In this document: piece by piece, positions 1-8,595 of the stretch
Layout of the letters: each line of letters starts with the position of its first letter
How positions within the stretch are numbered: the stretch's first letter is position 1
IMG/VR virus record: IMGVR_UViG_3300011577_000001
Source: a virus
Taxonomy: Duplodnaviria > Caudoviricetes
Reading direction: 5' to 3' (one strand)
DNA: 64,000 nucleotides
Program-made: the position numbers and the translations under genes
Notes under the pieces: model-generated
What the model was told of the DNA's origin: nothing
Databases searched by the model: none
The model's input: the letters and a program-made list of their open reading frames with translations, nothing else

Positions 1-206
1 ATACCATGTTCTCTGACTACCTGGCTATCTTGTCGAGTATGTCGCTCACTGAGCAGACGTACACGTACCAGAAGCTGCGTGTCAACTTAGCGAAACAAAT
101 GGGCTCGATGAATACCTGGTTCTCGAAGTCCCACTTTGCCAACTGGTTCATGAACACCACGCCTGCGCGGTTGTTCTCTGGATTTGCGATTGGTACAGGT
201 CTTTGA
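1..206 (+). CDS. 3' end of a gene entering from the left edge (hypothetical, partial)
   Basis: Open frame to TGA at 204-206, followed directly by a terminator-like hairpin. Confidence 0.6.
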   Translation, partial: TMFSDYLAILSSMSLTEQTYTYQKLRVNLAKQMGSMNTWFSKSHFANWFMNTTPARLFSGFAIGTGL

Positions 207-242
207 CGGCATAGAGGGAGGCCACTAGGCCTCCCCTTATGC
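207..242. terminator. Bidirectional hairpin between convergent genes
   Basis: GCATA-GA-GGGAGGCC-acta-GGCCTCCC-CT-TATGC. Confidence 0.75.
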
Positions 243-1250
243 TCAGTCGAACTTGGCCAGCGGATACCACTGTTTCAAGAACGAAGTCAAGGCAGCAGAA
301 CGATACGTTGGAGCAATCATCACCGGAAGTTTGTAAGCTTCCATACGACCCAGCAAAACAACGGCGTGGGCAGAGGCGTAGGTGAACATTTCCAGGTTGT
401 CCACTTCGACCCCATTGCGGTTGTACTTCGCCCAATTAGGATCGATGTGGTTTAAGACGTCCAGCAGCTCCTGTGCGCGTTGATCGTACTGAGCCGGTGT
501 GGTATTGTCCGCAAACTTGTAGAACATCAGGATGCGCTTACAGGCGTCTGGGAGAGTACCTAACACACCACCTGGGGTGAGAGTCTCACCCATTTTCTTC
601 AACGCTTCGATGTTACTAGTTAGAACAGCAACTGGGTAGTTGGTTCGGTAAGCGTAGTAGCCCACAGAACGATCGCTGGTAGACCTTATAGCCTCATCCA
701 ACAGATCCGTTGCACCAGAACGAATTGCATAGTCGATGATGGTTGAAGCCATCGCCGCCTCTGCTGCTAAGTCAAAGACGTTGAACACATCTGACTTACC
801 AGTGAGTTCTTTTGCCAAGCGAGCCAAGCCAGTGGCATCGTCCAGGCTACCCGACATGTACATCTTCACGCCGGTCTTGGTCGCACCCATGATGGAGCTG
901 ACCGTCTCTTTGGATACCCCGAACTTGTCGAAGGTTTCAAAGACCGTATTCTGCATGCTCCCGGTCAGGGTCTTGATCAAACCGCCAGAGCCTAACGACT
1001 TACCGATACGCAGCAAGGCATCAGTCTTGGACAGTCTCCCCGAGGCTGCTTTGGTCACATCGTTCATGATGGACTTTAACGCACCAGGGTTTTTCCTCAA
1101 GGTCTCAGCCGCATCGGCACTGAAGTTCTTCAGGATGTCCGGCAACTGGTTGAGGGTGGTATTCGCTTTCTGTTTATAGTGGTCAATCGTGAGGAGGGCA
1201 TCCGCCGGACCAGACTTAAACAGGGAAGACGCTACTTTATTCGCAGACAT
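243..1250 (-). CDS. Hypothetical jumbo-phage protein, possibly virion structural
   Basis: 335-aa ORF with normal phage codon usage; no diagnostic motif. Confidence 0.75.
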   Translation of the reverse strand: MSANKVASSLFKSGPADALLTIDHYKQKANTTLNQLPDILKNFSADAAETLRKNPGALKSIMNDVTKAASGRLSKTDALLRIGKSLGSGGLIKTLTGSMQNTVFETFDKFGVSKETVSSIMGATKTGVKMYMSGSLDDATGLARLAKELTGKSDVFNVFDLAAEAAMASTIIDYAIRSGATDLLDEAIRSTSDRSVGYYAYRTNYPVAVLTSNIEALKKMGETLTPGGVLGTLPDACKRILMFYKFADNTTPAQYDQRAQELLDVLNHIDPNWAKYNRNGVEVDNLEMFTYASAHAVVLLGRMEAYKLPVMIAPTYRSAALTSFLKQWYPLAKFD

Positions 1251-1265
1251 TCTGAGTCCCCACGA

Positions 1266-1303
1266 GGCAAAAAAAAAAGAAGGGGCCGAAGCCCCCGCTT
1301 TTC
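1266..1303 (-). terminator. Intrinsic terminator
   Basis: Minus strand GGGGC-TTCG-GCCCC followed by TTC and a 10-T tract. Confidence 0.8.
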
Positions 1304-1306
1304 ATG

Positions 1307-1828
1307 TTAACGCTTCCTGAGGAAGTCCCGGATCTCTTCGAGGTCCGTTACCAGTCTCCCAGGATTCTTTGGAGCCACGACCTTACAGTTGTTAGAGTCA
1401 GGGTCCCCATAGTAATAGTAGTGCGTTAACGGCTCGCTGCTGTCCATGAACAACTGGAACAGATCGGGGTTTTGTGTCACTTTCGCAAGTAACCCCAGTC
1501 GCATGTGGTAATCGAAGTCGAGATTGAGCACCATATGGGTACGGCTTAATTCCGCACCTCTTCTTTTGGCTTCGATACCCCAGAGGGTTCGAAACTCTTC
1601 GAAGCGTTGCACGTCGCCTGTTGCTTTGTTTTCGATGCCGACTTTTAGGTAATAGTGTAGCCCTTCACCCGATTCAAAATTCCCTAGAATCGGATGCTTG
1701 AAAGGTGTTCGTGCAAAGTTAGTTAAGAGACGGCCTAACCGAGTACGACCTTTCGTGTAGACGTTACAGTGAGTAACGCCGTCCATCATTGGATTTGGTT
1801 CCATTACGTTCTCTTTCTGTTTCGGCAT
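1307..1828 (-). CDS. NADAR-superfamily (YbiA / T4 gp30.3-like) protein
   Basis: LTNFARTPF..GNFESGEG..YYLK, GIEAKRRG and LAKVTQNPDL resemble NADAR blocks; start at 1828 or 1804. Confidence 0.55.
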   Translation of the reverse strand: MPKQKENVMEPNPMMDGVTHCNVYTKGRTRLGRLLTNFARTPFKHPILGNFESGEGLHYYLKVGIENKATGDVQRFEEFRTLWGIEAKRRGAELSRTHMVLNLDFDYHMRLGLLAKVTQNPDLFQLFMDSSEPLTHYYYYGDPDSNNCKVVAPKNPGRLVTDLEEIRDFLRKR

Positions 1829-1855
1829 ACAGCCGCCCACACGGAGCGGCTATAA

Positions 1856-2335
1856 CTACTGCTTCTTACCCAAGCTAGGATCGATTGCTTCCAGCGCTCG
1901 AACCAAACTCTCGACGGTGGGTCCAGCATGTTTCACTGGGATTCGGGATTCGTCATCGGCAGGTTGCTCTGCTTCTGACAAATGGATGATCGTAGAGTAC
2001 TCGGTTTTTAGGCCGGTTCGCCATTCGAACTCTAACGTCATTTTGACTCTGAGAGGATTTAAGAATCGCAACGCCTTCTCAAAGACTCCCCAAGTCATGG
2101 TGGGTCGCAAGAGTTCCTTGGAGAGGTTTCCTCGAGCAGACGACATGTCACGGGGGTTCTGTGGAATACGATTCCGGGGGTCCTTCAGATAACGCAACAT
2201 GTTCCGGTTCCAAACGTTCTTGTTGAACGACTGGTCGGCCAGGATGCGTCGGAACAACTTACTCAGCGTGCCGCTGGCTTCCTCGGCTGCCTTGGTCTTG
2301 GAGTCGAGTATCCGAGTGAGATCCTTGTTTTGCAT
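1856..2335 (-). CDS. Hypothetical protein
   Basis: Basic ~160-aa ORF in a minus-strand run; start at MQNK chosen. Confidence 0.7.
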   Translation of the reverse strand: MQNKDLTRILDSKTKAAEEASGTLSKLFRRILADQSFNKNVWNRNMLRYLKDPRNRIPQNPRDMSSARGNLSKELLRPTMTWGVFEKALRFLNPLRVKMTLEFEWRTGLKTEYSTIIHLSEAEQPADDESRIPVKHAGPTVESLVRALEAIDPSLGKKQ

Positions 2336-2831
2336 ACAGTTGGGCCTCAATAAGTGCTAGGGTAACCGCCTCGGTTTCACCCATTAGGTGGGTGAACTGG
2401 CGAACGTAGTAATCAACGTTCCCTTTTGAATCGGCACTCGCGGACAGTAGAGCTTTCTGGAGCGTCTCCAGTTGTAACGATAACGCATTATAAACCTCCG
2501 CAGGCTTAAGTTGATGTCCTTGATCAGTGGTCAAGTAATCGTCAAGTAAGCTGACACGCATGTTGGACGCGAGGTTCCGACTGCGCTGTATCTTCTCAGT
2601 GACGGTTAACTTATCACGAACGAGGCGGGATGCTTCGTTTAGGTGAACGAGCAAAGCGTACAGGTTGGGGTGGGCAACTTCGAGAGTTACCCGGAGCCCG
2701 ACCAATGGTGTGTACCGATGCAACACTTTCTCATCGAGCAGTTTGAGCAACGAGATACAGTAGGTGACATCCACTTCAAGGATCTCATCGACTGTATGCT
2801 TGTCCCGAACGGCCTTGATACGGTCTTGCAT
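2259..2831 (-). CDS. Hypothetical protein
   Basis: ORF 2259-2924; start moved to ATG 2831 because a promoter-like motif lies at 2882-2896. Confidence 0.65.
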   Translation of the reverse strand: MQDRIKAVRDKHTVDEILEVDVTYCISLLKLLDEKVLHRYTPLVGLRVTLEVAHPNLYALLVHLNEASRLVRDKLTVTEKIQRSRNLASNMRVSLLDDYLTTDQGHQLKPAEVYNALSLQLETLQKALLSASADSKGNVDYYVRQFTHLMGETEAVTLALIEAQLYAKQGSHSDTRLQDQGSRGSQRHAE

Positions 2832-2881
2832 AGTAACTTCTTTTGGACCACTGAACAGGTTCCTCAGTTTCTGTTCAATGG

Positions 2882-2896
2882 GATAATATACACTTG
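2882..2896 (-). promoter_or_regulatory. Putative early (virion RNAP) promoter
   Basis: Minus strand CAAGTGTATATTATC, identical over 15 nt to 58905-58919; resembles the phiKZ early TATATTAC element. Confidence 0.55.
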
Positions 2897-2922
2897 TAAT
2901 CTTTTTGATCAGGGTGCGGAAC

Positions 2923-3336
2923 ATGGCTCAAGACCTTATGACGGATGACGACATCCTGCGGTTTACTCAAGGACAACGCAGGAAGTTGGAAGCTCACCTG
3001 TTACAAAACGGGTGGCCTCAGGATGCCGAGGGACAAACTCAGTTGATGAGTCTCTGGAACGACATGGATCGTCAGGCGTTGGGTAACAAGCGCATTGGCG
3101 TCGAGCAGAAACAATCCGAAGCTGACCGGATGATCGCTACGGTGATCGCTGACGTTGCTAAGCGCTTTGGTTCCCAAGTTCCTTTCGCTCAAGGCGAAGG
3201 TGGCTTGGTCATCGACCACAATCCGCCGGATGGGGCAGAAAAGTTGCCACGCATCAGCACCGTTCCTGGTGAGATGGACATTGGTATCGAAACTCAGAAC
3301 TTCAATGATTTCGTCAAGAAGTTCGAAGAAGAATAA
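2923..3336 (+). CDS. Hypothetical protein
   Basis: ORF starting MAQDL, followed by a hairpin. Confidence 0.7.
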   Translation: MAQDLMTDDDILRFTQGQRRKLEAHLLQNGWPQDAEGQTQLMSLWNDMDRQALGNKRIGVEQKQSEADRMIATVIADVAKRFGSQVPFAQGEGGLVIDHNPPDGAEKLPRISTVPGEMDIGIETQNFNDFVKKFEEE

Positions 3337-3373
3337 TGCCATAGTATCATCATACTCTGTAATTTCTGACGTG

Positions 3374-3406
3374 GGCATAAGGGGAGGCTCAGGCCTCCCT
3401 CTATGC
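3374..3406. terminator. Bidirectional hairpin between convergent genes
   Basis: GGCATAAGGGGAGGC-tcag-GCCTCCCTCTATGC. Confidence 0.7.
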
Positions 3407-3408
3407 TG

Positions 3409-4122
3409 TCAGTTCACTGGACAGAAGAAACGCAAGTCCAGCAAGTGCATGTCCACGAACAATTTGGCAGAACCTTCCACCAGTTCGAACGGAGACACAA
3501 CACCGTAACCTTCCACGGTAATGTCGGCCTCAGTGAAATCCCGTACAAAGGACATCGCTGGCGCAAACACCGTGACAGTTGGTGCACTGACCTTCTCGAA
3601 GTTCTTAGCCTGCACACCCAACCAGTAGTTGTAGTCGTACAGGATATACGCCGAGTACTCAGTGTTCAGCATCGTCGGTGTGATATCCTCAGGACGATAC
3701 CACACCGCTTGCATCTTAGCGCGGTTGTTAACGAACACCGAGATGTTGGTCAGGTAAGCTTCGGTTTCCTCAGGGGTGAGGACGTACGGCCAGAAGTTCA
3801 CCGTCAGGATCAGATCACCAACGTGGGGAGAGTTCACCTGCTGATCACCCAGTTCATCAAACAGGGTGGTGAGGATCAGACACATGTTGGTGGCCAAGGC
3901 TCCCAGCAGCGTGTCTTTGTCCCGTTTGGCGTACATCTCCCGGAAGGCTTCGTTCGTCACCATACCTTCGGTGTACTTCTCGAAGTCGTCTGATAAACGC
4001 TTCCAGTAAGCTGGCTTCATCATCAGAGCGGCTGCGTCGGGGTTGCAACGAGCCAGACTAGGGATACGAGTATCCAGCAGGGCGTCTAACTCGACGAGGA
4101 CATTCTGATCTGCATCACTCAT
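3409..4122 (-). CDS. Hypothetical protein
   Basis: 237-aa ORF whose start overlaps the stop of the upstream gene. Confidence 0.75.
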   Translation of the reverse strand: MSDADQNVLVELDALLDTRIPSLARCNPDAAALMMKPAYWKRLSDDFEKYTEGMVTNEAFREMYAKRDKDTLLGALATNMCLILTTLFDELGDQQVNSPHVGDLILTVNFWPYVLTPEETEAYLTNISVFVNNRAKMQAVWYRPEDITPTMLNTEYSAYILYDYNYWLGVQAKNFEKVSAPTVTVFAPAMSFVRDFTEADITVEGYGVVSPFELVEGSAKLFVDMHLLDLRFFCPVN

Positions 4123-4613
4123 TCAGCAGCCTCCCCATCGGCTAACTGTTTGAGTTCCTCAGCCGATACACCCAAAGCTTTCTGGAGGTCGGTCAGGTCA
4201 ATCATGAAGATCGCCACCAACCACGGATACGCTTCCAGGAACTTGTAGATGGTTCCACGGGACGCCATTCGCTCCAGTGTTTCATCACCCAGTGGGGTTT
4301 CCAGCTCGATGCTGGCCTCGTAGACGATGGTGTACGCACGAGCCAGTTGTTCCTGAGTCTTGGTCCACAACACCGAGTCAGTGTGGAAGGCAAGGTCCTG
4401 ACTGACCAAGAACAGGAAGTCTGTCAGGGTTTCCTGGTCGCGCACATGCTCCCACAGCTCTTCAAGCTGGGTGTCACTGGCGAGCTGGTTCAGACGAATG
4501 TCATTCTGAACGAAAAAAAGAAACTCGACGACTTGCAGCTTTTGTTTGTCGTCCAACATCGACTCGTACCGACGTCGAATGATGGAAGCAAAGAGATCCA
4601 GTATTTCTTGCAT
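4119..4613 (-). CDS. Hypothetical protein
   Basis: 164-aa ORF coupled to the RNAP subunit gene. Confidence 0.75.
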   Translation of the reverse strand: MQEILDLFASIIRRRYESMLDDKQKLQVVEFLFFVQNDIRLNQLASDTQLEELWEHVRDQETLTDFLFLVSQDLAFHTDSVLWTKTQEQLARAYTIVYEASIELETPLGDETLERMASRGTIYKFLEAYPWLVAIFMIDLTDLQKALGVSAEELKQLADGEAAE

Positions 4614-4614
4614 G

Positions 4615-5286
4615 TCACTTGTCCAAGGTGTTGTCGAGGTGGATGGTCTTGAGCAACACGGACAGTGTAGTCACAGACTTCACTTTGGTGCCGAACTGAG
4701 ACAGGTACTCGAGGTTCACAGAGCCTGTATCAATGATAGACCGGTTCATGGCGTTGAACGCCTTGGAGTCACCACCACGGAACTTGATCAGCTCGGTAAT
4801 GGTGGAGTCCAGTCCCTGAGCAAACAACACCTGGAGTTCCGGGAAGGAAATCTTCGAGCCCTTGGAAGGACCAGTCGATTGACCCGACAACTCGTCGATG
4901 TGTTTGTTGTTCTCAGGGATGGTGGACTTACTTTCCAGCAACTGGACCTGACGACGCAACGGTAGATCGATCACGAGATACTTTACAGGTGTCTGGTAGA
5001 GCTGACCGGTGGTAGGGTCAGTCAAGAGCAAGTGCTCGAAGAATTCGTGCCCCAACTCTTTGGCGATCGCCAGATTACGCTGTAGGTCCAGTTTGTGTTT
5101 GCCCAGGTTCGGTACGTTGATCGTGAGGGTTTCCTCACCCGACTCCAGACGGTTCATGAATTCACCGAATTGCTTATCCGACATCGCCGCAAGGCTAGTC
5201 CGATAGAACTCAGTGTTCGGGCTTCCCGGCAAGATCTTGTCAATGTAACGCAAGATCATGTCAGTAGCGGCTTTGCGGTTACCCAT
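4615..5286 (-). CDS. Virion RNA polymerase beta subunit, C-terminal part (phiKZ gp149-like)
   Basis: DELSGQSTGPSKGSKISFPELQVL and ELIKFRGGD match the RpoB C-terminal segment (tGQP.gGka..gG.rfgEME..ElltvksDD); start MGNRK. Confidence 0.75.
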   Translation of the reverse strand: MGNRKAATDMILRYIDKILPGSPNTEFYRTSLAAMSDKQFGEFMNRLESGEETLTINVPNLGKHKLDLQRNLAIAKELGHEFFEHLLLTDPTTGQLYQTPVKYLVIDLPLRRQVQLLESKSTIPENNKHIDELSGQSTGPSKGSKISFPELQVLFAQGLDSTITELIKFRGGDSKAFNAMNRSIIDTGSVNLEYLSQFGTKVKSVTTLSVLLKTIHLDNTLDK

Positions 5287-5315
5287 GGTCGTGTCCTGAT
5301 TAAATACCCATAGAA

Positions 5316-5933
5316 TCAGGTAGTCAACGCGAACTTCAAATACGACACGCCGTGGGTCCAAGCGGTTTGTGCAAACGTTGAGGCCAAAGCCGATGGGTTG
5401 TTAAAGTTGTCTCGAGCTGTAAACTCAACTGCGTGGGTGACCTGTTTGAAAGCATGGTCCAGTGCTTCAAACGCTAAGTCAGGATCACGCGGCAACCGCA
5501 CACTGCTGAAAGGGATACGACGCCGATGAATCAATGACGTCATAGCGTTGATAAACTCGGGATCGCCCATGACGTGCAAAGCTGCACCAACACGAGGTTC
5601 TTCCGGGTCCCAACCTAGGTCTTCCAACAGCTTCAACACCGTGTTCTCGATGTAGATCATCTCACCACGGAATACAGGACAGTACACCATCAGGTGCACC
5701 ACACTGTACATCCCTTGGGTACAATGACGCACATCAGAGGAAGGCATTGGTTCACCACCACGTGTGACGTTGATCTCACTGTCGCGGTCACCACCGCGAG
5801 TGATGGTCATTGAGTGGATGGTGCCGATCATGAAAGGCTTACGCACGTATCCGCCCTCAGGGGCTTGTGCGTAATACTCAACTGGTCGGGGTGGGTTCTG
5901 TCGGAGGAATTCTTCCAACGCTGGATTGTTCAT
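5316..5933 (-). CDS. Hypothetical protein
   Basis: 205-aa ORF in the same operon. Confidence 0.7.
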   Translation of the reverse strand: MNNPALEEFLRQNPPRPVEYYAQAPEGGYVRKPFMIGTIHSMTITRGGDRDSEINVTRGGEPMPSSDVRHCTQGMYSVVHLMVYCPVFRGEMIYIENTVLKLLEDLGWDPEEPRVGAALHVMGDPEFINAMTSLIHRRRIPFSSVRLPRDPDLAFEALDHAFKQVTHAVEFTARDNFNNPSALASTFAQTAWTHGVSYLKFALTT

Positions 5934-5936
5934 AAC

Positions 5937-6215
5937 TCATTTCCAATCGGGTAATCCATACGTCACAATCGTCTGGACTACGTGCTTATTGAAGAGTCGC
6001 AGCCACTCTTTCTCACTGACGTCATCCATCAAGCATTCACGCTCACGGATGGTATCGACAGGGAGCAGACCGAGCTGGGTGCGAAGATAACGGTTCATAT
6101 GGATGACCGCGTCAGCTTCGAAAGGCGTCGGCTGGTAGTGTTGAGTGAACTTGGTAGCGCACTCAGGACTACGTTTATTAATCGAGGACACGACTGAGTT
6201 GTAGAGGGAAGTCAT
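5937..6215 (-). CDS. Hypothetical protein
   Basis: 92-aa ORF, 3 bp from the next gene. Confidence 0.65.
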   Translation of the reverse strand: MTSLYNSVVSSINKRSPECATKFTQHYQPTPFEADAVIHMNRYLRTQLGLLPVDTIRERECLMDDVSEKEWLRLFNKHVVQTIVTYGLPDWK

Positions 6216-6288
6216 TTGCTAATACCTGTAAAGTAAGGGACACATCGGCCTATATAGTTTCTCCTTTGTCTAAAGAATTACTACGTAC

Positions 6289-6319
6289 AAAAAAATAACC
6301 CAGGTAGAACCCGGGTTAT
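6289..6319 (-). terminator. Intrinsic terminator closing the small-gene cassette
   Basis: ATAACCC(A/G)GG inverted repeat with a T tract on the minus strand. Confidence 0.65.
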
Positions 6320-6332
6320 AAGGGGGCGGTGC

Positions 6333-6716
6333 TCAGCCGCGTTGAATCGTAAGCTGAAGGTCTTGAAGTTCTTTGAGAAGAACGTCGTGACGAGCAGCCA
6401 GGATGTCGGTGATTCTCATCAACCGTTCAGCCTGATGTTTGATGCGGACGTCACGGAGAACGCTCTGGATGCACTCCATGAACATCATGTTACCAATCCC
6501 ACGCCAGTAGAACATGTGGGGCAGGTTGTGACTTGCAGCCGCATAGAGGAACATCGTGAACATGGTGTCCAGATTTTCCTCGGTATAGGGGAGGGGCTCA
6601 ATACTGTCATGAAGCCCCTGCATCAGCACTGCGATGCGTGCCAATTTGTTATTGACTCTTTCGTACTCTGCTTTCTTGCTAGGCCAGAGTACTCGTGCTG
6701 CCATCGCGCGACTCAT
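6333..6716 (-). CDS. Hypothetical early protein
   Basis: AAGGAG RBS; shares a YTEE...YW block with 7450-7845. Confidence 0.7.
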   Translation of the reverse strand: MSRAMAARVLWPSKKAEYERVNNKLARIAVLMQGLHDSIEPLPYTEENLDTMFTMFLYAAASHNLPHMFYWRGIGNMMFMECIQSVLRDVRIKHQAERLMRITDILAARHDVLLKELQDLQLTIQRG

Positions 6717-6746
6717 TTCTCAGTTCTCCTTAGAACCCGAAGTTTA

Positions 6747-7091
6747 TTAGTGGACTACGTTGGTAACGTCCCACAGTTGGTGACGCTCCCAGTCACGGTA
6801 GATTTCTGCACGGTCCGCCATCGGCAGGTGTTCGCCGTTCAGTTTGTTACCCACAGCGTTCTTGGACAGCACCAGACGGTTGTTGCTGAACTCGACATTG
6901 TACAGGTTCAGAGCGACACCATCGATCAGACCTACGACAGTTTCCCATTCGCCTTCGTGGCCGAACAGGGCAACGTGAGTCAGACGGACGGGGCGGCGAG
7001 TTGCAGCATCGATCACCAAACCTTTTTCAGCAATCACGGTTTCGATGATGGAGTTGTTGCGAAGACGCAGAGTGTCGATAGTGTTTTCCAT
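6747..7091 (-). CDS. Hypothetical early protein
   Basis: AGGAG RBS, 114 aa. Confidence 0.7.
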   Translation of the reverse strand: MENTIDTLRLRNNSIIETVIAEKGLVIDAATRRPVRLTHVALFGHEGEWETVVGLIDGVALNLYNVEFSNNRLVLSKNAVGNKLNGEHLPMADRAEIYRDWERHQLWDVTNVVH

Positions 7092-7120
7092 GGTGTCTTT
7101 CTCCTAGTGGTTTCTTTTAT

Positions 7121-7435
7121 TTAGGCTTTAGCTTTGTTGTCCCAAGATTGGTAAAGCTTGATGGTCTTGGTGCGACCTTCAATAGCTTCCAGGCGACGGG
7201 CCTGATCTCGCTTGATTACACTCAAGTCGTAGTTCAGGGAACTGAGGTAGATCTTTGCCATCTCGTTGTGGTCAGGTTGATCTTCGCGGTTCACACGATC
7301 GATCTCATCCACAATCTCGTTGTACTTGTTGTTCTCTTCCACAACCAGACGGTCGTGTTCTTGCTGAGCCTGAGCGATCAGGTTCAGGTCTTCTTGCCAT
7401 ACTGCTTCGTTGATCAGTTTCCAGAATGCGTTCAT
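7121..7435 (-). CDS. Hypothetical early protein (coiled-coil)
   Basis: AAGGA upstream, 104 aa. Confidence 0.7.
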   Translation of the reverse strand: MNAFWKLINEAVWQEDLNLIAQAQQEHDRLVVEENNKYNEIVDEIDRVNREDQPDHNEMAKIYLSSLNYDLSVIKRDQARRLEAIEGRTKTIKLYQSWDNKAKA

Positions 7436-7449
7436 TGCGATGATCCTTC

Positions 7450-7845
7450 TTAGGACATGAGTTTAGAGATCTCAGCATTCAGCCGAGACTGTTCATCCGC
7501 TACTTGATTGTAGTGGACGGTAACACGGCGCATGCACTCCATCACTTTGCGGATGAAGTGTTGTGTACGACGTTGACCTGCGCTGGCTCGTTCGATATCA
7601 GACCCGATCTGATTTATAACCGAGGTCCAGTAAGCGATGCGCAGTTGATCCATTTCCCACAGGGCGCAAATCGTAACCTGGAGGATGGTGCACATGTCTT
7701 CTTCGGTGTAGTGAACTTCACGAGGAAGAGCAGCAACTTTCTCCAACATCTTCCTGATCCGTTTGATCTTTTGATGATCTTGGATTAGGACACCGTGGTT
7801 GTGGTGGACTTGTTCAGCAAGCGCTTGAATCTGATCGAGGCTCAT
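7450..7845 (-). CDS. Hypothetical early protein
   Basis: 131 aa; possible paralog of 6333-6716. Confidence 0.7.
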   Translation of the reverse strand: MSLDQIQALAEQVHHNHGVLIQDHQKIKRIRKMLEKVAALPREVHYTEEDMCTILQVTICALWEMDQLRIAYWTSVINQIGSDIERASAGQRRTQHFIRKVMECMRRVTVHYNQVADEQSRLNAEISKLMS

Positions 7846-7849
7846 GGAG

Positions 7850-8068
7850 TTAGTTCCTGAATGGGTCTTTGATCATTTCGAGGTTGGTGATGCCTGGGAG
7901 GAACACGGTGGTTTCAGTTGCAGCGACGATCTTGCTAGTCACCGCCAACGGGTGATTGTTAGGATCGCGGTAAGCTGTGTGGGTGCGAACGATTGTGCCA
8001 CCATGAGTAACCATTGCGTAGGTAGTGGTGTCATCATCTTTTTCCAACACGGTCCAGAGTTTCGACAT
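7850..8068 (-). CDS. Hypothetical early protein
   Basis: AAGGA RBS; first gene after the promoter motif. Confidence 0.65.
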   Translation of the reverse strand: MSKLWTVLEKDDDTTTYAMVTHGGTIVRTHTAYRDPNNHPLAVTSKIVAATETTVFLPGITNLEMIKDPFRN

Positions 8069-8120
8069 TGCTTATTCCTTCTAAGGATTTAGGTTAGATG
8101 AAAGGGATTTGTTATCCTAT

Positions 8121-8155
8121 TCACTCGAGTAATATGTATCTGAGATTTTTTTAAT
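8121..8155 (-). promoter_or_regulatory. Putative early (virion RNAP) promoter
   Basis: Minus strand A-tract-TCTCAGATACATATTACTCGAGTGA; CATATTAC is one mismatch from the phiKZ early TATATTAC element. Confidence 0.6.
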
Positions 8156-8163
8156 TGGACTTT

Positions 8164-8200
8164 GACGGCATAAAAGCCTAGGGGGTCGAAACCCCCTAGG
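8164..8200 (-). terminator. Hairpin terminator after the uvsX operon
   Basis: CCTAGGGGGT-loop-ACCCCCTAGG followed on the minus strand by CTTTTATGCCGTC. Confidence 0.7.
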
Positions 8201-8202
8201 AA

Positions 8203-8448
8203 TCAGTGTGTTCGGAACATGAAGGCTTGGTAGTTCTCGCCATCGTGATAGACCCAGAAACCACTGGACCTATCGCGTTTAATGAACTTCCAACGTTTCC
8301 CCGTGCGACGACTGACACCACGGTTCCACATTATCTTCTCATCAATCCACATGGACCCGATGATCAACAGGATCAGACTCACCAGCCCGGCTAAGATGGA
8401 TGCTGATGTTTGGGCTGCATTGATCAGGGCCTCCGGGGAAATCTCCAT
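8203..8448 (-). CDS. Small membrane protein
   Basis: One hydrophobic helix (ILAGLVSLILLIIGSMWI); start MEISP. Confidence 0.55.
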   Translation of the reverse strand: MEISPEALINAAQTSASILAGLVSLILLIIGSMWIDEKIMWNRGVSRRTGKRWKFIKRDRSSGFWVYHDGENYQAFMFRTH

Positions 8449-8595
8449 ACCTTGCTCTCCGTGAGGCAATAGTCAACAACCAATTCAACAGTTTCCCACC
8501 GCGACGATTGGTTTGTTCAATGTTGGCAACGCGATCGGCAGTCACTACATCGAAACACCGATCATACAGTTTTTGACGCGGATGCCGAAAGTCCA

